NCBI GenBank assembly: GCA_043750125.1
Contig: JAYVCD010000201.1
Span: 1 to 17,888 of the forward strand
DNA: 17,888 nt
Direction: 5' to 3'
DNA from: Archangiaceae bacterium
Lineage (GTDB): Bacteria > Myxococcota > Myxococcia > Myxococcales > Myxococcaceae
The position numbers were made by a program, and so were the translations under genes. The notes beneath the pieces are model-generated. The model worked only from the letters and a program-made list of their open reading frames with translations. It did not search any database and was not told where the DNA came from. This document shows, piece after piece, positions 8,703-16,098 of the stretch. Within the stretch, counting starts at the first letter, position 1; each line of letters begins with the position of its first letter.

Positions 8703-9529
8703 TTGCCTTTCCCCTTCGCTTTGATGAACGGCTGACACTCGGGGCAGAAGTAGGACGTTCGCCCGGCGTGGGTGCTCTTCTCGATCACCGTGTTGCAGTT
8801 GCCGCACTCTTCCCCGGCGCGGGCGTAGATCAGGAAGGGGTTGGCCGACCCCGGTTCCTCAACATAGCGAATCTCGTCCTCGCCTTCCTGTTCGGACAGG
8901 CCGTAGGCGATCGCTTCGTTGATCCCCTCGCACAGCCGCTTCCACTCGGCGTCGGTGAGAGAAATCGGCGCGCGGCTGGGGTGGATCTTCGCGCGGTAGA
9001 GCGCCTCGGAGGTGTGGATGTTGCCCAGGCCGGTCACCCGCCCCTGGTCCATCAAGGCGACCTTCAATTCCTGCTTGCTCTTGCCGAGGGCCTGCTTCAA
9101 CCCTGCGGTGTCCAGCCCGTCGTTGAGCGGATCCACGCCGAGATCTTTGATCACCTCGAGGTCCCACAGCTTCGAAGCCGGGGCCGGCTCGATTCGCCCG
9201 AACATCCGCGGGTCGCGAAAGTGGATCACCTCGCCTGAGTCGAGAATGAAGCGGGCGCGGCTGTAGAGCACTTCTTCTTTGGCGGGTCGCTTGACGAACT
9301 TCCCGGTCATTCCCAGGTGGGCGAGCAGGCCCCGTTCGCCAAACGAGAGCAGCAGGTATTTGCCTTTGCGCTCGGCTTTGGTCAGCGGGCCGGCAATGGC
9401 CTCGAACAATTTGGGCCTGGCGCCGCGGAAGATTCGCGTCTTCGTCGCCTCGGCGCGCTTCACGCTGTGACCTTTGAACCAGCGCACCAGAGTGCGGCGC
9501 GCAATCTCTACTTCCGGCAGCTCCGGCAT
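8699..9529 (-). CDS. mutM: Formamidopyrimidine-DNA glycosylase / AP lyase (Fpg)
   Basis: N-terminal MPELPEVE, RKGKYL, HLGMTG, DPRMFG, H2TH GLGNI, C-terminal zinc finger CGNC...GRTSYFCPEC. Confidence 0.95.
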   Translation of the reverse strand: MPELPEVEIARRTLVRWFKGHSVKRAEATKTRIFRGARPKLFEAIAGPLTKAERKGKYLLLSFGERGLLAHLGMTGKFVKRPAKEEVLYSRARFILDSGEVIHFRDPRMFGRIEPAPASKLWDLEVIKDLGVDPLNDGLDTAGLKQALGKSKQELKVALMDQGRVTGLGNIHTSEALYRAKIHPSRAPISLTDAEWKRLCEGINEAIAYGLSEQEGEDEIRYVEEPGSANPFLIYARAGEECGNCNTVIEKSTHAGRTSYFCPECQPFIKAKGKGK

Positions 9530-9628
9530 GCGCCGTCAGCTAGCACGATCGCGCGACTGTGAGGCGAATCGCCCCGCCGATTGCAGCCTAAGCCCTCGAA
9601 TTTTTTGGGGAGTCACGGACTTCGACGT

Positions 9629-9644
9629 TGGTGGGGTGCTTGCA
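9629..9644 (+). promoter_or_regulatory. Candidate sigma54 (-24/-12) promoter for the 9681 gene
   Basis: TGGTGGG-GTGC-TTGCA with exact GG-N10-GC spacing, 36 nt before the ATG, which has an AGGA RBS. Confidence 0.5.
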
Positions 9645-9680
9645 CAAGTCGCCTCCAACTCAACGAACACAGGATTGAAC

Positions 9681-10109
9681 ATGCCCCGTACCCACACCTC
9701 AGCAGCGAAGTCCCGGCGCACCCAGGTCAGCCGGAAAGCAACGCTCGCGTTGGTTCCGGCAGCGACTCCGCCGCGAGGTGAACCGCGGGAGCCACGCTGC
9801 TTGCTGCTGCAGGGTTTTGGGCACCCGGACTGCCCCGAGTTCTACCTGGCGGTCGAGGCGATGGAAGGCGTTGCGCAGGTCTTGCGCCAGGCAATGGCCC
9901 GTACGGGCTACGCCGCAGATGGCATTGGACAGGTCGAGAAATCGTGGACCCATCGCCGCGAAGACAAGGTGTGGCAGTGGAAGGTGCGCGTCTTGATGCC
10001 GAGCTCGATCACCGCGAGTGCGCTCGAGTTGGCCAAGCACATGGCCGAACGCAACGAGTTCATTGAACCAATTTGCCTGGTGCCCGTGCGCGGCTACACG
10101 GTGCACTGA
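9681..10109 (+). CDS. Hypothetical protein resembling the N-terminal half of Lin2189/COG4832-type GyrI-like proteins
   Basis: ATG 9681 with AGGA at 9671. LLLQGFGHPDCPEFYLAVEAM...EKSW...WQWKVRVLMPSSIT parallels the family pattern GxGdP..f..AveAl...LEglW...W.W...i..P..it. Confidence 0.6.
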   Translation: MPRTHTSAAKSRRTQVSRKATLALVPAATPPRGEPREPRCLLLQGFGHPDCPEFYLAVEAMEGVAQVLRQAMARTGYAADGIGQVEKSWTHRREDKVWQWKVRVLMPSSITASALELAKHMAERNEFIEPICLVPVRGYTVH

Positions 10110-10131
10110 CGAGGTGTTCTAGGCTGGTGAC

Positions 10132-10755
10132 GTGAGCCGATTTTTTCTGGGTCTGTGTTTATTGACGAGCGCGATCGGCTCGGCCCAGGCCCGGCCGGTC
10201 TCACTGCTGGACTGCGACGATAGATTTGCGGAATGCAAAGAGGATTGCGCAATCAAGTGGGGCGGCACGACAAACTACAAGAGCCAGGCCCAGCTCTACC
10301 CTTGCTTGAGAACCTGCGAGACGGTCGAGACGGACTGTCGTGAAATCTCTTCCGAGGCTGACCGGAAAGGGTCGGACACCGCGGGCAAGCCCAACGAGAA
10401 AAAGCAGATCAAGCCCTCGGATGATCCCGAACCGGCGCCGCTCGTAAAAAACACGAACACTTCGAAGGAGGACGAGGAGCAGGTTCCGAAATCCAGTCGC
10501 TCGACCCTCCCGAAGGGCGATGGCAAGGCTGACAAACCGAAGGCAGGCAAGCCGGAAGAGGTGAAGTCGACCGCCAAGCTTGAAGAAGCGAAGCCGGCCG
10601 CCAGGCCCGAAGAAGCAAAGCCGAGCGGGAAATCCGTAGAAGCAAAGAAAACAGGGAAACCCGAAGAGCCGAAACAGAGCGACAAGGCCCAAGAGCCGAA
10701 GAAGAAAGACGCCCGGAAACGAACGGTCGACGAGTGGGATCCCGACGCCCTTTAG
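10132..10755 (+). CDS. Secreted protein with a six-Cys domain and a K/E/P-rich repetitive tail
   Basis: Signal peptide ending SAQA; Cx6Cx3C-x18-Cx3Cx6C; low-complexity tail ending VDEWDPDAL. Confidence 0.8.
   Translation: MSRFFLGLCLLTSAIGSAQARPVSLLDCDDRFAECKEDCAIKWGGTTNYKSQAQLYPCLRTCETVETDCREISSEADRKGSDTAGKPNEKKQIKPSDDPEPAPLVKNTNTSKEDEEQVPKSSRSTLPKGDGKADKPKAGKPEEVKSTAKLEEAKPAARPEEAKPSGKSVEAKKTGKPEEPKQSDKAQEPKKKDARKRTVDEWDPDAL
10537..10698 (+). repeat. Six degenerate 27-nt (9-aa) tandem coding repeats
   Basis: PKAGKPEEV / KSTAKLEEA / KPAARPEEA / KPSGKSVEA / KKTGKPEEP / KQSDKAQEP. Confidence 0.75.
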
Positions 10756-10783
10756 GAAGGGGCCGTTATAGGGTGCGCCGCGA

Positions 10784-12187
10784 ATGAGCCGAGTCCTCGT
10801 CGGAATCTTCATCGTCGTGCTCAGTGGCTGCCAATGCGGTCCACTGACCGAAGCCGATGCGGGACAGGACGCGGGACTCGCGGTGGATTCTGGAACAGGC
10901 GATGCGGGCCCGGTCTGCGGCCCCGAAATCTGCGACGGCATTGACAACGATTGCGACGGAACGGTCGACCTCGCCCCGAACGGAAGCGCGCTGGTGCAGT
11001 TGTGTCCATTGCAGTTGGGCACCTGCCAGGGCGCCAGCGTGCGCTGCGAGGGCGGGAAATATCCGAGCTGCGTCCCAGAGTACGGCCCGAAGTACGAAGA
11101 GCTCGAGTCGCTTTGCGATGGAGTCGACAACGACTGCAACGGAGTCGTCGACGTATCGCAATGGCGTCCCCTCGGAGAAGTCGGCGCCAAGATGCCGTCG
11201 GCGGTCAGTGTCCCGGGCGGCTGGTACGTCGCCACCGGGATCAGCGGGCAGATGTTCGACGAGCAGCTGCGGCCCACCAGCGAGTTGTTCCTCGTCGGGC
11301 ACCCGGGCGAAACCAACGCCAGGGCCTCGGCCCCCATCGTTTTTGGCGGCTACCTCAATCAAGTCTTCAACGCTTTTCCAAACCCGGCACTGACGTATCT
11401 GCGCCGGCTGAACCTCGATGGGACCTACCCGACGGTTCCTGATGGTGGACCGCTGGAATTCACGCTTGTACCCAACTCCACCGTGCCGTCCAGTCAAGGC
11501 GTCTTGAGGGCCAACTCGGATCAGTCGACGATGTTGGTCGCCTTCGCTCGGACGAGCGGGGCCACAGCGCGGCAAGAAGTGCTGACGGTGTGGCCCGACG
11601 GTGGGACCCGTGCGCAGCTGACGAAGATTGGCGACACAGGGTGGCAAGGGTATGAGTCGGCGGCGGTAGGAACGGAAAATTTCGTGATCGCGCTTTCGTA
11701 CGAATCGCGCTTGCAGCTGCAGCTGTATTCGCCCGAGCTCGTGGCGCTGGGTCCAACCGTCGATTTGGCGACTCCGGGGGAATCGAGGCTCTGCTCGGTA
11801 TCGACCGAGACCTTGGGCGTGAACGCCGGAATCGATTCGGTTCTGGCGGTCTGCGCGGACGAACGTCACCTCTACGCTGCAGGAAATGTTTATGCCGGCG
11901 GCACGCTGACTCCATTCTGGGAAATCGATGCGGGGACCATCTCCGAGGTGCACGTCCTGCCGTCGTACGCCCGCGCAACCGTCTTCTGGACGCAGGTCCG
12001 AGCAGGGCTCCCGTCCACCCTCTGGATGACCCAGGTGAACGGTCCCCCGGTGGCGATCGCCGAATTTCAGCCCGCAGCGACGGGAGTCGACTTTGCCTCC
12101 TCGATCCGAGGGGGTTACCTGATCGAAGCGCTCCTCGATGGCGGACAGGGACTGCGGCCCTACGGCGCATACGTGTGTCCGTTGTGA
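10784..12187 (+). CDS. Lipoprotein with two putative metal-binding (Cu-binding_MopE-like) repeats and an unknown beta-rich C-terminal domain
   Basis: Lipobox VLSG-C followed by QC; repeats EICDGIDNDCDGTVD and SLCDGVDNDCNGVVD. Confidence 0.85.
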   Translation: MSRVLVGIFIVVLSGCQCGPLTEADAGQDAGLAVDSGTGDAGPVCGPEICDGIDNDCDGTVDLAPNGSALVQLCPLQLGTCQGASVRCEGGKYPSCVPEYGPKYEELESLCDGVDNDCNGVVDVSQWRPLGEVGAKMPSAVSVPGGWYVATGISGQMFDEQLRPTSELFLVGHPGETNARASAPIVFGGYLNQVFNAFPNPALTYLRRLNLDGTYPTVPDGGPLEFTLVPNSTVPSSQGVLRANSDQSTMLVAFARTSGATARQEVLTVWPDGGTRAQLTKIGDTGWQGYESAAVGTENFVIALSYESRLQLQLYSPELVALGPTVDLATPGESRLCSVSTETLGVNAGIDSVLAVCADERHLYAAGNVYAGGTLTPFWEIDAGTISEVHVLPSYARATVFWTQVRAGLPSTLWMTQVNGPPVAIAEFQPAATGVDFASSIRGGYLIEALLDGGQGLRPYGAYVCPL

Positions 12188-12253
12188 ACAGGTTGCGCAG
12201 CCCCGTTTCGCGTTCGTAACGAAGGGGCCCTCAATGCTCGGTTCATCGCGGAG

Positions 12254-12269
12254 GGGCACAGCCGATGCA
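12254..12269 (+). promoter_or_regulatory. Candidate sigma54 promoter upstream of the gene remnant
   Basis: GGGCACA-GCCG-ATGCA (GG-N10-GC), followed by AAAGGAGGA at 12288-12296. Confidence 0.5.
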
Positions 12270-12287
12270 CAAATCCTCCGCATCCTT

Positions 12288-12499
12288 AAAGGAGGAAGCA
12301 GCACCGGCAGTGACACCCGCCTTGGCAGCACGGGGTCGGGCACTACCGGAAGCACGGGCAGCACCACATCTCGATGCTCGAGGGCGATCGCGCCAAGGCT
12401 GACCGCAAGCTCGGCCGCGTGATCGACCAGGCGATCAAGACGTTCAAAGATCACCAGGAGCAGGCTGAGAAGCTTCAGCGCGACATCCGCGCGAGCTGA
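12288..12499 (+). pseudogene. Collapsed gene remnant: strong RBS, G/S/T-rich linker fragment, DUF4142-like C-terminal helix fragment
   Basis: No ATG follows the RBS. One frame reads SSTGSDTRLGSTGSGTTGSTGSTT; another reads HHISMLEGDRAKADRKLGRVIDQAIKTFKDHQEQAEKLQRDIRAS* (TGA 12497-12499) with gene-like GC-ending codons. Confidence 0.5.
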
Positions 12500-12545
12500 T
12501 CGCGAAGGAAACGCCGACCCTTGTGAAGGCTGGGGGCGTGAGGCG

Positions 12546-12596
12546 AACAACCTCTTCTTCGGTCCGGACAGACGAGGAAGAGGTTGTTGCTTTTTT
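12546..12596 (+). terminator. Intrinsic terminator between convergent units
   Basis: 16-bp stem AACAACCTCTTCTTCG (12546-12561) / CGAGGAAGAGGTTGTT (12573-12588) with one G-U pair, then T6 (12591-12596); abuts the carbonic anhydrase stop. Confidence 0.8.
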
Positions 12597-12597
12597 G

Positions 12598-13260
12598 TTA
12601 TCGAGGTTGCTCGGACTGTTGGCGAATGCGCGCCAGCGCCTGAGAGTACAGCGCGGGCAATGCCTTCGCTGAATCCACTTCGACTCCCAATGCGTTCACC
12701 CGGCCGTTGCGCAAGCTGTAGACCCACCCGTGAACCGTTACGTCCTGCCCGCGCGCCCACGCATCTTGAAGGACCGTGGTCTGGCTGACATTGACCACCT
12801 GCTCGAGCACGTTGAGCTCGCACAGTCGGTCGTGCCGTGCCTGGTCGCCATGTGTCTCATCCAGACAGGACGCGTGCTTGTCGGCCACGTCCGTCACGTG
12901 CCGCAGCCAATTGTCGACGAGGCCGAGCCGTTGTCGAGTCAGCGCGGCCTGCACCCCGCCACACCCGTAGTGACCCACCACCAGGATGTGCTTCACCTTG
13001 AGCACGTCCACTGCGAACTGAATGACCGAAAGACAGTTGAGGTCGGTGTGCACCACCACGTTGCCGATGTTGCGGTGAACGAACACCTCACCGGGTTCCA
13101 TGTCGATGATCTGGTTGGCTGGCACCCGCGAATCCGAACACCCAATCCACAAATATTGGGGCGCTTGTTGGACCGACAGTCGAGAAAAGAACTCGGGGTC
13201 TTCGTGGTGAATGCGATCCGACCACTCACGGTTTTTTCGCAGCAGGTCATCCAGCTTCAT
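12598..13260 (-). CDS. can: Beta-class carbonic anhydrase (Can/YadF type)
   Basis: Zn ligands WIGCSDSRVP and GHYGCGGV; GEVFVHRNIGN, LCELNV, VHGWVY. Reading frame is intact. Confidence 0.95.
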   Translation of the reverse strand: MKLDDLLRKNREWSDRIHHEDPEFFSRLSVQQAPQYLWIGCSDSRVPANQIIDMEPGEVFVHRNIGNVVVHTDLNCLSVIQFAVDVLKVKHILVVGHYGCGGVQAALTRQRLGLVDNWLRHVTDVADKHASCLDETHGDQARHDRLCELNVLEQVVNVSQTTVLQDAWARGQDVTVHGWVYSLRNGRVNALGVEVDSAKALPALYSQALARIRQQSEQPR

Positions 13261-13692
13261 TGCTCTCTCTTACTTCCCCCCCCCCCACCAACCACCCCTT
13301 TTCAAGCGCTTTGAGCACGGCTCGGGTGCGATCCCTAACGCCGAGTTTCGACAGAATGCTCGAGGCCTGGTTTTTCACCGTTCCCCCTTCCGCCACCACC
13401 TCGAGTGCCTTCACCCACTCTTCCGCGCTCACGTCTTTGAGCAAGAACCCTGAGATTCCCGCCCGCACGCCTTCCAGTAACACCGTCTCGTCATCGAAGG
13501 TCGTGAGCAAGACGACCGGCGTCTGATTGCCTTTTGCCCTCAGGCCTGCACCACTTCGATTCCGTTCTTGCGCGGCATCTGCACGTCCAGCAGCGCGATC
13601 TCGGGCTTGAGCTGTTCGATCTTCACCAGCGCATCGGCCCCGTCTTCCGCCTCGCCCACCACCGTCACGTGGGTCGTCAATTCGAGCAACCC
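13247..13692 (-). pseudogene. NarL/DesR-family response regulator pseudogene
   Basis: GLLELTTHVTVVGEAEDG...LLDVQMPRKNGIEVVQA* then a 1-nt frameshift (~13544) into LRAKGNQTPVVLLTTFDD...GFLLKD...VAEGGT|VKNQASSILSKLGVRDRTRAV. The N-terminus and the linker plus first HTH helices are missing. Confidence 0.85.
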
Positions 13693-14746
13693 GGGTTCTC
13701 GACCCGCTCCCGGATTTCGGTCAGGCCATTGCCCTCGACCAGCTTGCGGGTTCCTTGTCCGTCGTCCCGAACTCGAATGTCCACCGCCTCGTCCGCGATC
13801 CGGATCGTGACCCAGACATGGCGCCCTTCGGCGTGCTTCACGCCGTTGGTGATCGCTTCCCGCACGCAGCGAAACAAAGCGTGCGCCCGCTCGGGGTCCC
13901 GCGTCACCAGCTCGGCGTTGAGGTCGATGTGAATGCTTAGGGTAGGAATGCGCGACGCCAGCGCTTTGAGTGATGCGCCAAAGTCGATCGGCTGCGGCGC
14001 CTGCATCACGCTGACCACCCGCCGTACCTCAGCCAACGCTTCTCGCGTGATTCCCGCGGCTCGCGTCACGGGTCCCCGACCTGATTCCGAGGCGAGCTTT
14101 TCGGCCAGCTGCAGCTGAATGCCGAGCGCGACCAGGTGGTGGCCCAGGCTGTCGTGAAGCTCGCGCGAGATGCGCAGCCGTTCGCCCTGTCGACTGCTCT
14201 GCACCAGCAAGGCCCGGGTCGAGACCAGCTCGGCGTAGGCCTCGGACAACGAAGTGCGGCCTCTCGCTCGCGCTGTTGAATCCGGTAGCCCAACAGCGCG
14301 AAGACACAAAACGCCGAGTGCGCACCGAGAATCTCGAAGACGGAGCGCGCCGGGTTGAACGGAAAGACAATCGCCAGCAACAGCGGCAGCTGGATCACCG
14401 CCAGGCCGACCGACTGGCGAAGAGTGAACACGACGGGCATCTGGGCCACGACGATCGCAAGCAGCAGACCCTCGAGGCCCTGAAAGCCGAGCGAGGGCAT
14501 CAAGCCCACCGCCCCCGATTGCAGCGGCAGCAGTGCCCGCGCGAGCCAAAGCGGAAACCGTTGATGGAAGGCGGCCGCGACGTACGCGGCCCCATACACT
14601 GCCCAGGGAAACAGCCAGGCGCTGGGCTCGGTCGGCCCCTGGGAAGAGAGCTTCGTCATCCCGACGAAACCCCAGATGAGAAACCCGATCGCCCGCAGCC
14701 AGACTTCGGCCCGCCCCAGCTGTGCGTAGTCTTCTCGTCCTGCCAT
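13677..14746 (-). pseudogene. DesK-like (HisKA_3) membrane sensor kinase pseudogene
   Basis: Multi-TM N-terminus from ATG 14746, 1-nt frameshift at ~14259 (...QQREREA|RTSLSEAYAEL), H-box ERLRISRELHDSLGHHL, EAITNGVKHA, DDGQG, GNGLTEIRERV. Truncated before the final GG...GT strands. Confidence 0.85.
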
Positions 14747-14825
14747 TGGGCACGCATCCTATCGGGAGAAGTTGGCACCCCGTCCCCCGTCACCGCATGG
14801 GCCAGAAGTCATGGCCGCAAAACGA

Positions 14826-15419
14826 TCATCCTCCGATCAGGTCTCTCACCGAGCCGTAGTTCTGCTCATGAATCGCGCCCACCCGAACGCAACGGACCAT
14901 TCCCCTGGGATCCACCAGCACGTGAATCGGAATGGCCGCGTCGCGATCCACTCCGAGCGCGTCGACGAAGGACACGAAATCTTCCACGGACCGCACCCAC
15001 CGAATCGGCCCCGGCAGGTCTTTTCCGTTCCATTCCTCGAGCGCCGACTGCGCCGAGGTCTCATCGATGCTGAGCAGCTCGAACGACACCGACAGACCTT
15101 CCCGCGACATCGCGTCGCGCCAGCGGTTGAGCACCGCCATCTCTTCCACACACGGCTTGCACCAGGTCGCCCAGACATTGACCCACGTCCAGCCCTTCGC
15201 CTTCTGGGCCGCCGCTCCGAACGGGCGCAGCGCCGCAGGGACGAAGAGCCTGGAACTCGCCCCGGTGGCTGGGTAGCTCTTGTCGCAGAAGGCCGAAGCA
15301 CTGGGTGCGGTGCTCTTCTTCACCGAGGCAAACCGCGAGACCGCCGCCCCGGTCGGCTTCTCGTCACAGCCGGTCAGCGCCAACGACAGCGCCAACAGCG
15401 CCGCCGACTCAAATCGCAC
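14826..15419 (-). CDS. TlpA/ResA-like thioredoxin-fold lipoprotein
   Basis: Start GTG 15419 overlaps the upstream gene end by 11 nt; lipobox ALTG-C; VNVWATWCKPCVEEM; cis-Pro loop AIPIHVLVD. Confidence 0.9.
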   Translation of the reverse strand: MRFESAALLALSLALTGCDEKPTGAAVSRFASVKKSTAPSASAFCDKSYPATGASSRLFVPAALRPFGAAAQKAKGWTWVNVWATWCKPCVEEMAVLNRWRDAMSREGLSVSFELLSIDETSAQSALEEWNGKDLPGPIRWVRSVEDFVSFVDALGVDRDAAIPIHVLVDPRGMVRCVRVGAIHEQNYGSVRDLIGG

Positions 15420-16098
15420 AGTCGATCCACGCGACGAAGGCGCTGCGGTTGATCTCGGTTGCAGTGCAAACCGAGGTTCGCGACCGATTCCACGCACAGA
15501 ATTCGTCCCCCATCTGCGCGTACTGCTCGCCCAGCCACAGCAGGCCCACCTGGTTCTTCAGATCTTCATCCTTGAACTTTCCCTGCAGGTGGGTGAGCAC
15601 GCCCTTGGCGCGATCGCGGCTGAGCGCTTCGTTGAAGTCCGTGGCTCCATCGGTGCTCGCGCGAGAGACGACGAAGAAGAAGCTGGCGCCCCGCTGATCG
15701 CTCCAGGCCTTTTCGATGGTGGATGCCGCTTCACCATCGAGGTCGGTCTTGCCCGAATCGAACTGAATGATGTGCGCCCGCTTCGCCAGGGGCTTGAACA
15801 GCGCGTTGAAGTCATCACCCGAGAGCGCGGCGACTTTCTTGGCTTCCATCGGCTGGCACCCTCGCCCCCCGCCCCCGCCTTCGATCAACCCGCACGCGCC
15901 CGCCACCCGGCGAATGATCGCCTTCAGCTGCGGAGTGCAATAGCTGTCATCGGACACGCTCGCGATCGCCACGTCCTTCGCCGCGCTGGACGTCTCTTTG
16001 AGCCGGGTCTGCGCGGCGCTGGCCCAGGACGCCACCAGGACCACCGGAATCACGATCGCCGCTGCCAGCAGGGCAAAATGCTTCGTTCGTTCGTTCAT
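15409..16098 (-). CDS. Exported OmpA-like (peptidoglycan-binding fold) protein with six cysteines
   Basis: N-terminal hydrophobic segment; IQFDSGKTDL, RASTDGATDFNEALSRDRAKGV, INRSAFV; Cys in YCT, ACG, GCQ, FCA, VCT, DCA. ATGA overlap with the upstream stop. Confidence 0.85.
   Translation of the reverse strand: MNERTKHFALLAAAIVIPVVLVASWASAAQTRLKETSSAAKDVAIASVSDDSYCTPQLKAIIRRVAGACGLIEGGGGGRGCQPMEAKKVAALSGDDFNALFKPLAKRAHIIQFDSGKTDLDGEAASTIEKAWSDQRGASFFFVVSRASTDGATDFNEALSRDRAKGVLTHLQGKFKDEDLKNQVGLLWLGEQYAQMGDEFCAWNRSRTSVCTATEINRSAFVAWIDCAI

Noticed and set aside
10537..10698. Periodic sequence as a possible CRISPR array
   Set aside because: Degenerate in-frame coding repeats with no spacers and no cas genes.
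12500..12596. Tandem hairpins as a possible riboswitch or structured ncRNA
   Set aside because: They lie between convergent 3' ends with no downstream gene to control, and I recognise no aptamer consensus. An Rfam/Infernal scan would settle it.
10766..12823. 685-aa minus-strand ORF, the longest in the track
   Set aside because: Antisense to the MopE-repeat lipoprotein and out of frame within can; Arg-rich shadow typical of high-GC DNA.
13540..14263. Programmed frameshifting producing a kinase-regulator hybrid
   Set aside because: No slippery heptamer at the shift sites, and essential kinase and HTH segments are deleted; decay is the simpler explanation.
14795..14815. CATGACTTCTGGCCCATG (minus strand) as a DesR-type operator upstream of the kinase
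   Set aside because: Only 4-bp arms and no clear second copy; too weak to call.
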